Shown: positions 28,807 through 41,093 of the stretch, one piece after another
Layout of the letters: each line of letters begins with the position of its first letter
Position numbering within the stretch: position 1 is the first letter of the stretch
Origin: the human T2T-CHM13v2.0 reference genome, Homo sapiens
Assembly (NCBI RefSeq): GCF_009914755.1
Contig: NC_060925.1
Direction: 5' to 3' (one strand)
DNA length: 64,000 nt
Notes under the pieces: generated by a model
Seen by the model: the letters and a program-made list of their open reading frames with translations, nothing else
Database searches by the model: none
What the model was told of the DNA's origin: nothing
Made by a program: the position numbers and the translations under genes

Positions 28807-29212
28807 TCAGTCAAGCTTCTCTGAGATTTGCCTGTAAACTTTGAGGGGCAAATGGGAGAGCTCTGGGTATTTAGGACAAGCCTATGTTTAGGGGAGCCTG
28901 GGTCGCTTGGAGGAGGAAGAGTGAGTGACACAGAAGTTGGTTGAGAAATGAAGGAGGGAAAGTGGAAGCTTCCTGTGGACAATCTACTGTCTTCCTAATT
29001 TTACCTAAAACCAATACTAAGTTTTCACAACAATTAATAAATTATATTGGGTTTGGGTACCTGCTCTGAGTATGCTAGCTAAGTCCTGTGGGAGATACAG
29101 CCCAGTACCTACAACATAACTGCCTTTGATATGTTCACAGCTGCATCTGGATACTCAGTTACAGTATCAGCACAGGGCAGTGCATGATTAAGGCTAAACG
29201 AATGGTACAGGT

Positions 29213-29387
29213 TAGTGGTTCCCAAACAAGAAGCATCAGCAAGAGTCATTTGGGAACTTGTTAGCAAGGTAAATTCTCAGGCCGTGGCCCAGACCTACTG
29301 AATCAGAAACTCTGAGAGTCCTGGAAACCTGTGTTTTCAAATGCCCCCTGAGTGATTCTGATGCATGCTAGGGTTTGAGAACTGCTG
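29213..29387. mobile_element. MER5A (hAT-Charlie)
   Basis: AGTGGTTCCCAAA...CCCAGACCTACTGAATCAGAAACTCTG...GTGATTCTGATGCATGCTAGGGTTTGAGAACTGCTG. Confidence 0.85.
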
Positions 29388-31429
29388 GTACAGGCAATAA
29401 GAACCACTGTAGGCTGGAGTTTCAGGTCAGACTTATAGGGCATTTGGCACTTAAATTTGATTCTGATCAGTGGAGTAGAGCAAAGGGTAGAGAGTGATCA
29501 AGAAAGAGTAAACCAGATGAACAAATGTATAGATATTGGGTTGCATAAGCTAGAGAAAAGGTGGAGGGAGGGTGCTGAGTGGGGCAGAAAGAGGAGCGGC
29601 CTGGCCTGGTTGACGTGGAGATGCCTGCAGAGGATGATGGTGAGGGCAGGAAGCCTTGACTACTAGCTATCATCTGGGGAAATAGAAACCTCTTCTGTGT
29701 CTCTCCATAGAGAAGGCTCCACCTACCACATCTAAGTTCTTTCTTTCCTTTACCTTCACAGGCATTCTCTTCCAGTCTCTCATCTCCAGAGGTGAGGATC
29801 ACCCCTCTCCTTTGACGTTCACAGCTCTGATCCAGGATGGCATTTCTTTTCCTGCCTCCCCCGTCAGTACTTCCTCCTTCTTCCTCTGAATCCACCCCCT
29901 CACTACTGCTGCAGATGAAAAATTATAAACCACTCTTGAAAAACTGTTCCTAGAGAGGATACACGATTTGAACAAGTTCCTATTCAAAGCGTCAGGGGAG
30001 CGACACCTGCCTCTTAAATTCTGACAGCGTATACCAGGGATTCATTAGGCAGGAACAGAGGATGGTTTTTGGAGTGGGCTTTCTACTGTGCCTCTACAGT
30101 TAAGTTACACAGGGACCTTGCAGAAGGCTCAATGTGTTATGATTGGAAGCAGCTCTCTGTGGGAAATCCCTTCCAAAGCCCAGAGGAATCCTTTAAGGTG
30201 GTGCAGACTTGTTTCCCAGTGGGATCTTCTCTGAAGACAGAGCCTCCAAATGCACGTTTAGGCTCTGATGTTTAGAGCACCTTATTCCCGAGAGGCAGCC
30301 TGGTGTTGTGGGATGTGCAGCAGGTGATGAATGTACTGGAGGAAGGGATTATTTTTTCTCCTAAAGGTTTTTATTGGAAGACCAAGGTGTTAAGCCTGAG
30401 CTCTTCTATTTGCTAGCCAGATGATTTTGCCTCATTGAGCTAACTTCTCTTGGTTGCCCTATCTGTAAAATGGGGCTAGTAAGGCCAACTTGCAGAGGCA
30501 CTGTGAGGATCAAATGAGCGGTCAAAGTGCACTGTAAGTTACGCAGTCCTGCACAACCCTGCCGTTACTGCAATAGTCTCTAAGTTGGTCTGCCTGTTCC
30601 CCTGTCCTCTCCCTCCTCCATTAGACCTTGTCCAGTGCTGTGAACTGGTTTTCCCAAAATATGATTTTAATTAAATGGCAGGGTAATATTCAAGATATTA
30701 TTAATATTTCCCACCTCTGCTTCATCTCCCAACATTCCTTTTCATCTTTCATCCTATATCCATCAGGTAATATGAGGGACAAAGCAAAGAGACAAGTGCT
30801 TGTGAATCCAGGGGTTCCAGCCCTTCACCACTTCCAGACCAGGAAAGATCTCGCAACCCTCACGAGGTGCTGTGGCTGGGGCCCTTGTGGAGCAGACCTA
30901 CAGGATGAGGATGTCCCAGGGGCACGAGGGGGAAAGTGGTCAAGGACCAGCTCCCTTCCCCAGTGTCCGCTAAGCCCCCCAGAACTTGGTCTTCACCCTG
31001 AGCATGGGGGACTGGACCATCCATACTGAGGTGTTGCTTTCACCAGAGACTGGAGGGAAGGTTGGAAATAAAGTTCCATGTCAGTTCTTGGATATTTTAG
31101 TTTGAGGCTTGACATTTGAAAGGCTGTTACTGACCATGTTGCTTCTGTAATCAAAAGGCCTTAGCAACTCCTTACAGTCTTCAAATTCAAGTCCATATGT
31201 TATCCTGTCATCTTAGCTTCCTACAACCTAATCAGCCCGCCCTGCCCCAGCCAATCCATCAGATTTCCCAGTCTCTTCTTCCAGCCCTTTCCTGGCTCCG
31301 AAGCTCCAGCTGGGTCTATCCCACTCCCCACTAGGATCTCTGCCATGGAGTCCCACAGCTTCCTCAACTCATTATCTCCTCACCTCCTTTACTTCCTATA
31401 GTTCCTCTCACTGATAACAGCCTCACAAG

Positions 31430-32330
31430 AGACACACTTAGAGGAGCAGAACCTGGGAGCCATTCCAGTCCTCCCTCCACATTTCTCCCTACATCTAATC
31501 AATCCTAACATCCGGTAGAGCCTACTTACTCAATATTTCTGGATTCTGTTTCTTTCTCTGTATTCTCACCCCTACTGTTTTAGTTCTGGCTTCATTATTT
31601 TTCATTCTGACTTCGGCTCCTGCCTCTTTCCTTACCATCTCCTTGCCTCCCTCCTCCACGCTGCAGAGGTAGCAGAGTATAAGGGTTAAGAGTTTGGCCC
31701 AGGAGACAGAGCATCTTTCTGCTCCTTACTACTCAACTGACTTGGGGCAACAGTGCATGCATCTCTCTGGAGATGATAGACATTATTGTGAGGCTCGATG
31801 TTTAAATCACAGTTGGCCCTAAATAGTGTAAATAATGTAAGACAATGTTATTATTTATTATCTTTCTAAAATGCAAATGTAATATGTCCTTTCATATGAA
31901 ATCTTTCAGTGATTGCCCTGTCCTCTGAATAAAGCCCAAATTTCACAGAATGTACTCAACGTGCCTTTATGATCTGATCTCTACCCGTCTAACTACCTCA
32001 TTTCCCATCACTCTCCAGTGGCCTTTGTACTCCTTCCTCCAATGTGCATCCTAAAGGGCCTTTGCAGCCCTTTGTGCTTGCAGCGCCATGGCTCCCTCCT
32101 CACCCACTGAGCCCCCAGCTCATTCCCGGGGAGAACCTTCTGCATGCAACTTTACACCTACCTTGGCTGATACACTTATCACACTGTAATAGACGTTTTT
32201 CTTTATGAGTTTGCCTCCCCCATTAAACTACAAACTGTTGGAGGGAAAGAATGATGATGCGTTCATCTTTCAAGCACATAACAAATATTTCAAAAAAAAA
32301 AGTTTGTTCAGTGCATTGATGAATCAATAA
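31430..32330 (+). mobile_element. L2 remnant with an internal MIR (about 31670-31860)
   Basis: AACCTGGGAGCCATTCC...CTTTCAGTGATTGCCC...AATAAAGCCCAAA...CCCCCATTAAACTACAAACTG. Confidence 0.6.
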
Positions 32331-33363
32331 TATAACAGCCATATTCATCCCTGCTTCTGTGAACTTCCTCCTAGTGTCTTCTTGCTTGGGATGCCATCCT
32401 TCACTCCCATCTGTTTAGCTAATACCACGCCTTCAAAGTCTGAATCAAGTCCCACCACCCTCAAAAAGCCATACCAGACTACTCAACCAGGCAACTCTGA
32501 TAATGCTCACCCCAAGCAAGCTCTGTGGCCTCATAAAGCATGATCACATTCTGCCCTGTATTGGAGCTATTCTCATACAGATTGACACCAACATCAATGA
32601 AGCATATGTTCCTCGAGGGAAGGGAACCCATCCCAAGCTCCCTGTTTCTTATGGCCTTCGGTGCAGTGGGTGCTTAGTGTCTTTTAGATAATGAGTCAGT
32701 AAATGAATATATGTGAGCATGAACAAATGAATTGAGGTCTCCCTTGTCTTAACTTACTGTAGCAGTTACCTGTTTTGCACACTTTGAGATGTGATCATAT
32801 ATGATCTTGCTTTATGATTTAACATATTCTCTCTGCAAGAGTTAGGGCTGCCGTGTACGGTTTTTCTTTTTCCCACAACCCCAGTGACAGGGCTGAAAAA
32901 AAAATAGAAGTTTTGTAACTACTTCTTGAGGAATTGAACCAGCTCCCTGACTAGAAATGGAAATAAACTGTAAAGAAAAAGAAATTGGTCTGGTATATTA
33001 CAACAAGTTCCACTCAGTGTATGTGCTTCTGCAAGGCACTGTTTTTCTCCCGTTCAAGTCTGTTTCTCTAGCCTGCAGCTAAACATTACAACCAACTCAG
33101 CTCCCACTACTCTCATCCTATTCAGTGCCAATAGCAGTTTTCCTGAGGATCTTTCTTCAGTTAAAGCCTGCAATTGCCTGCTCCTATTCTAAGTTGATCC
33201 TGAGGACAAACTTTTGGCTTTATCATCAACTGTCAGACCTAGTAAGATCAGAATAATTTTTTTTTTTCAATGACAACAAAAACAGCCAGCACTTAGTGAG
33301 AGCTTACAATGTGGCAGGTGATGAGCTAACTGCTTAAAAATATTTAATAACAATACCTGTTTA

Positions 33364-33765
<402 letters not shown>

Positions 33766-33824
33766 TCACCATTTTTTCTGGATTTAGTCAATTAACCCTT
33801 ATAACAATAGTGAACTGACATATA

Positions 33825-34085
33825 GTCAGGCACTATTTTATGCATTTCACATACATTAACTTGTTTTAAGCCCCACAAAAGGTTAACTTGTTTTAACCCC
33901 ACAAAAAGGTTAACTTGTTTTAACCTTTTGAGGTAGGTGTTCTGTTATCAACCCCATTTCACAGACAAGGAAACTGAGGCACAGAGAGGCATAGAAAGAT
34001 TCACTAACCTGCCAAAGTGGCAGCGATGGAAGCCACTGAGCCCAGATTCAAATCCAGGGAGTCTGGCTCCAGCATCCATGTTCCT
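33825..34085 (-). mobile_element. MIR containing a roughly 27-bp tandem repeat (33856-33925)
   Basis: CCCATTTCACAGACAAGGAAACTGAGGCACAGAGAGG, with TTAACTTGTTTTAA three times. Confidence 0.75.
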
Positions 34086-34932
34086 TATCATGATTTTACT
34101 TCCTTTGGAGTGGTAATAAGGTTATTCTAATTTTATAGATTTATTTATTCATTCAGCAAATATGTATTGCCAGGTGCAATACGAGGCTCTAGGGCTCTTG
34201 TAGAGAATAAGGCAGACTTCACGGAGCTCCTATTCTAGATAAGGAAACACTGGCCCTGGAAGTTAAGTATTTGTGGAGCAAGGGTTGTTTAGCCTATAAA
34301 CAGCTCTGGGACCCTTGGGTCTGACTCTCAGGCTAATGGTCTTAATCCTAGGCCGTACTGCTTCCCTGAAGAGAGTCCCATATTACAGGTCCGGGAAGAC
34401 TTTGTAAGGATTCCTGCAGGTGGGCAGGCTGTGGTGACCTGAAGCGCGCCACAGCAATGACCAATGTCATTCTCTCACCTTTCCTTCTCTGCTGTCCCCT
34501 CTCCCTTCTTCTCCTTATCACTTTCATGTGCCTTCAAGTGTACAAGGGTAGAATCTGACGGGGGCACTCAGGGCCAGAGAGATTGCTGCGAAGAAAAAGC
34601 CCACCCCCACCGCTCTCTCCAAGCATTGCATTGCCTCAGCCATCTTTAAACTACCTGAACTTTTAAAAATGTTGCCAGAAAAAAACTATTTAACAATCCT
34701 TTCTTCACGCTCTCCAATTATCTTTCTCCTCTTACCTCCCCACAAAATTCAAGGCCTTCTACAATCCTCGTAAGAGGAAAGTTCTGTCCTGCCCCAGTCT
34801 CTCATATCATGTCCTCCTCTGGACTGAGTGGGCACCCTTGTACTTCCTGCCTTTTCGAGAAGGTAAGTTGCCCTGCTTCTCTAAGGGTGCAGCCTAGAGC
34901 TGTTTTTCAAACTCATATCCCTTTGGTTGCTT

Positions 34933-35122
34933 ATCTTATTTTACTTTTTTTTTTTTTTTTTTTTTTGAGACAGGATCTTGCTCTGTCACTCAGGCTGTAA
35001 TGCAACTTGTAGTTCACTGTAACCATGAATTTCTGGCCTCAAGCAATCCTCCTGCTTCAAGTGACCCTCCCACTTCAGCCTCTCAGAGTGCTGGGATTAC
35101 AGGCATGGGCCACCATGCCCTG
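34933..35122 (-). mobile_element. AluJ-like element with an internal deletion fusing the two arms
   Basis: Right-arm 3' end joined to left-arm 5' part. TSD CCCTTTGGTTGCTT on both sides. Confidence 0.85.
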
Positions 35123-35789
35123 CCCTTTGGTTGCTTTAGATCCTCTCCAAGTTCTTGTTATCACACTTCACTTGTGAGGCATAAAACTCAGCATGATCTA
35201 TGTTCGGAAAGAGTCAGGACTATTACTAAGATCAGGCCAACTTCTGAGCAGGGCTTCTGGTGAATACACTCTGGGGCTGGGTGGGCTGGTGGTTCTGGGA
35301 AGATCCCAGCCCAGTGCTGAGGTCTGAGAACTTAAAGAGGTGGTAGGGATGGGAGTCCCACAAAGGATGTTTCAGGGAGGCTGAGGGTCAGCTTCCTCCC
35401 TCCCTGCAGTCCTGGGCCTGGGAATGCAAGAACCCTTTTCAAACTTTCACAGATGTCTGAAGGAACTGGGGAAGGAGAGGAGGGCTTGGCTATGTCACTC
35501 TCAGTGAAATGTTCCCTACCACATGGGTGTGAGGCTTCCCATCACTCAGGCTTCAGGGAGCTCTCTAAAGACCCCTGGTGGCTCTAAGAGAAGTCCCCAT
35601 AGGATTGATCAAATGCGGGAGCCAGTTGTGGGCTTCGGAGGTGTAGTAAAGAGAATCTGCACATTCTCCCTGTGCCATATTGCTCGGCTTTCTCTTATCT
35701 CTGGAACAGCTACTTTTCAGGGATATAGGGAAAAAGCAACAAGCCCATTTTTAACTTCATTCCATGTTCCCTCCCAAAAAAGGGCTTGT

Positions 35790-36260
35790 ACAGGTGGTTG
35801 AATTGGGGGAGTTACGCTAAGAAGTAGGATTGGGACATTTGGGGTCTGTGAAGGCTGAAAGAAGGAAGAAGGAGAAGCCAATCCATGGTTACTTTATCGG
35901 ATCGTCACTGTGGGCAACCAGAGCTCAATCCTACTTAGAAGGCTATGAAGCCCCTGTAGAATGCATCTCAGACTTGGCAGCCTGCAGGGTGGAAGAGGGA
36001 AGTATTAATCTACCAGCGTCTGCTCCCATTGATCCAGTATTGTCCTTTGGGTGATAACTTCCCCATACTCTCAGGTTTGCATGTGTATCAGAATGGCCAA
36101 GCAGGTTCTTGCAGGCAGATGTGGCAAAGAAACCGGGAACAGAAGGTGAACACTGCTCTCTGCATCCAAAGACACGGCGCGGCCAGGTTTCACTTGCTCA
36201 CAGCTGGTTGCTACAGCAATGGCTGAAACAATAAGGTGGGCCCAAAGGAGGTATGTGGGG
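35790..36260 (-). mobile_element. ERVL LTR remnant (LTR40-like)
   Basis: GGAGAAGCCAAT...CACTGTGGGCAACCAGAGCTCAATCC...TGTAGAATGCATCTCAGA...CCCATTGATC. Confidence 0.5.
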
Positions 36261-37059
36261 CACTGGATTCAGGGGATGAATCCTCTTTCCACCTCCCTCC
36301 ACCTTCAGATTCAGATCCTGCCAATTCGTCAAAGACTAACTCAGTCCCCTCCTGAGAAGTTCTTCTAAAGGAATCTGACCATAGCCAACTTTTCCCTTTA
36401 AACTCTCAGAGCAGTCACTACATAGAACTTATTTTTGCTTGATCTGTATAATATACTACGATCATTTCACTCCTTGGATAATAACTTATGGTCAGAGATT
36501 TCATGAACCCCAACCCCAGGAGCTTGTACAGCAGTGGATGCAAAACAGGCCTGTCAGTGTTCATTGCATTGAATGGTATAACAATTATAGATAATAAGAG
36601 CTCTGCACTTTTTAAGCATTTGCTTCCTTGTCAGCACCATAAGCTAAGTTATAGGAATGGAAGAAGAGAACCTGAGTGAAGGTTTTATTTGGGGCTCTGG
36701 ATTTTAAATTTAACCTCCAGAACCATGACACTTTCCTGCTCCTCAAGGTCTTCAAGTTATCTCTGCAGCCTTCTGTTTGAAGACATTGGTGGTGCTGGAC
36801 TGGCCTTTCCAGCTGGTCATTTCTTCCCAGCCCTTTTTCTCACTTCAGCCTGGCACACCCCCTCCTCATGATGCCTTCCTGGGTCAGATCCACTCAAGTC
36901 ACTGAATTCAACTCCACATGTATCAACCCAGAGCCTTATGTGGCTAAGTCCAATGATGCACTATCCCTTCTCCTGGGCAAAAATAAAAGCAATAAGATTT
37001 TCTTCCCAATGTCCCTCTAGAATTAGTAATGAACTTGCCCTGCTCTATCCAAATCCTTT

Positions 37060-37228
37060 TGCCATTCTCTGATGTTGACTCATAGGCAAAATGAGTGATT
37101 AGGGCAGTGGCCTGTATCAGCGGAACTAAGCTTACTGCCATTTTGAGACAAAGGTAACTGGTCTTTTGGGATTTGAACCAATGACCTGGACCTCATTGGC
37201 ACAATGCTTTAGCTGACACAGACTAGCC
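37060..37228 (-). mobile_element. tRNA-derived ancient SINE (MamSINE1-like)
   Basis: Reverse complement reads GGCTAGTCTGTGTCAGCTAAAGCATTGTGCCAATGAGGTCCAGGTCATTGGTTCAAATCCC, a decayed tRNA-Ile-like head with a B-box. Confidence 0.6.
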
Positions 37229-37384
37229 CATCATCTACTTTTTGTTATCTATTCTAAAGAAGGGGTGCACTGGACATGAATAATAGAAGCCGTAGGTAAT
37301 TCAACTCAACGAAAAGCTAATGAGGGCATATGGTAAGCCAGGCCTTGTGTTACACAGCAGGGTACTCTGAAAAGACCTTCATAT

Positions 37385-37565
37385 TTGGCATCGGAGATCC
37401 TGGGTTTGAATCACGGCTCTACCATTTGTTGGCTACGTGATCTTAGGTGAGTCACTTGACTGCTAGGTGTCTCAGTTTTCTCATGGGTGGGATTTTATTG
37501 AGGATCAGATGAGATACAATATGTGAAAGCACTTCTAAACAGTTGAGTGTGAGATATTGTTAGTT
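37385..37565 (+). mobile_element. MIR
   Basis: CCTGGGTTTGAATCACGGCTCTACCATTTG...GTGATCTTAGGTGAGTCACTT...CTCAGTTTTCTCAT. Confidence 0.75.
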
Positions 37566-37939
37566 TTTATGTAAAGAACAGGACCCGATCTCTACCTTTA
37601 AGGCTTTTACCTTTTGTCTGAGTCTGATAGGATTGGATTTCTTCCAGAGAGAAAATTTCCTTGAGGAATAAGCTCAGGGCTCCAGTCCACTCGAGCAGAA
37701 GGGAACCTTCTTGTGGGAAGAAGTCGTCTTCCCTCCATGTGGTCTAACTTCCCAATCAGGGAGGAGGCTGCTGGTGTCCATCCATCTGAGCAGGTGGCAG
37801 CTGACTGCCATAGGTAAGGGCACACAGCCTGGAATATGCATTCATGGATTACAGAGAATTCACAGATCTCTCTGGGTAGACCCCCCAGGTAGGATATATG
37901 TAGATATTTTGGAGCAAATTGTTCTAGACAAACGGTTTA

Positions 37940-38263
<324 letters not shown>

Positions 38264-38265
38264 TC

Positions 38266-38561
<296 letters not shown>

Positions 38562-38722
38562 AAAAATCAAATTTTCTCCTAATTGACAGAAACCTTCTCC
38601 CCATAAGTCCCACTCAATTTGAGAAGATGTGTACATTTTGACCGGTAACCAGTCAGACCTTAAACAACTAATTAAGTTGTAGAAATATTAATGGCCGTGC
38701 TCATGTTTGTCTAGAACTTAAT

Positions 38723-38779
38723 GAAGCACATGAGGTGAGAAACTAGAACTAAACGAAGCACATGAGGTGAGAAACTAGA
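38723..38779. repeat. Short direct duplication (25-bp unit, period 32)
   Basis: GAAGCACATGAGGTGAGAAACTAGA, two copies. Confidence 0.95.
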
Positions 38780-39008
38780 GTTACCCAAGTTTGGAAATCT
38801 TATAAAGTGGTTAGTGTTCAGGAAAGGTGGAAGAAAATTGAGAGGCTTTAAAAAAAATCAAGATTGGGAATATTAGAGAATGTAATCCACTAGAAAAATC
38901 ATTCAGCTGGGAATAAATGAGAAATAGATGAATGAAAAAATTCTCTCATTTCTTTCTTTGGCATGTATTGAGTATGATGTGGTAGGACATGTTCTAGCAG
39001 CTGGGGTA

Positions 39009-39422
39009 TGTAGTAGACCCCTGTTGTCTGGTGGAGCACGCATCCCCCAGTTACAAAGGAGTCACAGCTGCACCCTTCTCTGGAGCCCTGCAGCAGGGAA
39101 GCACTCCCCCCAGCTATGCCTGGGAGATTATGCTGCCTTCATCCCACACACACACACTCTAGGAGCAGCTTGCAGCCAATGCCCAGTTGTTGGGGATGGG
39201 GGTAAAAGCACAGTCCCCTTGTCTCAAGTGGGCTGACTCTGTGATGTTATTCAAGCTCCAAAGTGCCCCCTGGAATCAGGCTGAGGCTAGACCCACAGCT
39301 TGACTGATCTCCCCAGCCCTATCCAGTTTCCCTCACTCATATGAATTTCATCCTCAATAAATCACTTGAGTAAGAAGAATTCTCACCTCAGGGTCTGCTT
39401 CTAAGGAACCCAAGTTAAGACA
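39009..39422 (+). mobile_element. LTR16-family (ERVL) solo LTR
   Basis: TGTAGTAGAC...GCAGCCAATG...ATCAGGCTGAGGCTAGAC...CAATAAATCACTTG...CTCAGGGTCTGCTTCTAAGGAACCCAAGTTAAGACA. Confidence 0.8.
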
Positions 39423-39886
39423 ATGGGCAATGCTGAATAAATCAGAAGTAGTCTCCCTCTGGGAACTTGTACTGGGGGAGGATACAGACAAATACACAAG
39501 CATTTATAATGTAGAGTCACAATGGTAGCTTCAGAAGATTCATGGTGCTCTGGGAACAGGAATGGTCACAGAGTGTTTCTTTAGAGTTGAACATTTCTGA
39601 GCTGAGAACTGAAGTATAACTAGGAGCTGGCTGGGTAAAGAGGTGGGGGAAATAAAGAATTTCTCAAGCAGAGGAAAAAGAAGATATGGAGGACGAATGG
39701 AAGATACTGCAATATATGCCCCCCAAATCATAAACGGTTCAGTATGACTGAAGCCAAGGGTGACAGTAGCAAGAAAAGACACCAGATACAGATTATGAAG
39801 GGCATAGTGAGATATTAACACATTTCTATTGTATCCCTGGGCAAAGGAAAAATAATGAAGAATTTTAAGTGGAGGACACATGATAA

Positions 39887-40588
39887 GGAGAGGTGAAGCC
39901 AGCTGGACTTCCTGTGTCGAGTGGGGGACTTGGAGAAATTTTCTGTCTAGCTAGAAGATTGTAAACACACCAATCAGCACTCTGTAAAAATGGACCAATC
40001 AGCACTCTGTAAAATGGACCAATCAGCTCTCTGTAAAATGGACCAATCATCACTCTGTAAAATGGACCAATCAGCTCTCTGTAAAATGGACCAATCAGCA
40101 GGATGTGGGCGGGGCAAATAAGGGTATAAAAGCTGGCCACGCGGAGCACCCAGCCAGCTGCTGCAACCCGCTGCCGTCTGGTGTCCTGCTGTGGGAGCTT
40201 TGTTCTTTCACTCTCGTAATAAGTCTTGCTGCTGCTCACTCTTTGGGTCCGCACTGTCTCTGTGAGCTGTAACACTCACCGCGAGGTTCTGTGCCTTCGT
40301 TCTTTAAGTCAGGGAGACCACGAACCCACCGGGAAGAACAAACAACTGTGATGCGCCATCTTTAAGAGCTGTAACATTCACCGCCGGGGTCTGCGGCTTC
40401 ATTCCTGGAGTGAGTGAGACCACGAACCCACCAGAAGGAAGAAACTCTGGACCCATCTGAACAGCTGAAGGAACAAACTCCGGACACACCATCTTTAAGA
40501 ACTGTAACACTCACCGGGAGTCTCCGTGGCTTCATTCTTGAAGACAGCGAGACCAAGAACCCACCAGAAGGAATGAATTCCGCACACA
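39887..40588 (+). mobile_element. LTR12 (HERV9) solo LTR, LTR12/LTR12F-like
   Basis: Begins GAGAGGTGAAGCCAGCTGGACTTCCTG, has tandem ACCAATCAGCACTCTGTAAAATGG repeats and U5 CTGTAACACTCACC repeats, and ends TTCCGCACACA. Flanks are ATAA and GTAA. Confidence 0.95.
39970..40131 (+). promoter_or_regulatory. LTR12 U3 promoter: six CCAAT boxes, a GC box and a TATA box
   Basis: CCAAT at 39970, 39995, 40019, 40043, 40067 and 40091. GGGCGGGG at 40107. TATAAAA at 40125. Confidence 0.8.
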
Positions 40589-40987
40589 GTAAGATTTCTA
40601 TTTTTAAAAAATCTCTGGGCTGTAGAACGGGAAAAAAAAGACTTGGAAGGCAAAGCTGATAGTAGGGATACAACACCAGTTAATATTTCAGTTGTTGTAT
40701 TATAGGTAAGGGCTAGAGTATTGGCATTGGAGAGACGGACTAAATTCTCAGCTCCAACCCTTACCAGCTTGGGTAAGTTATTTATTCTCTTTAAATTTCA
40801 ATTTCCTTAATGGTAAAATGGGGCTACAGTAATAACCAGAGCAGATACGCACATTCAAGGATCTAATGTATGAAAAGGGTTTTATTATTTTTGCAACAGT
40901 TGGCACCCTGGAAGCACCATCAAAATGATCTGTTATTATCCATGTGATCTTAACTTGGGCAACAGTAGTGGAAATGGAAAGACAGAT

Positions 40988-41093
40988 CGCTGGTGCTGTG
41001 GCACACACCTGTAGCTCCAGCTTTTCAGGAGGCTGAGATGGGGATCACTTAAGTCTAGCTTGGGCAACATAGCAAGACTCCATCTCTAAAAAA
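40988..41093 (+). mobile_element. Old Alu monomer fragment
   Basis: GTGGCACACACCTGTAGCTCCAGC..GGAGGCTGAG...GGGCAACATAGCAAGACTCCATCTCTAAAAAA. Confidence 0.8.

Noticed and set aside
37151-37228. Possible tRNA gene
   Set aside because: The A-box and stems are degenerate. It is better explained as a tRNA-derived SINE head.
39865-40275. 136-aa ORF with repeated LIGPFYR units, and a CRISPR-like periodicity
   Set aside because: This is the antisense translation of the 24-bp LTR12 CCAAT repeats. The units are contiguous with no unique spacers, and the DNA is eukaryotic.
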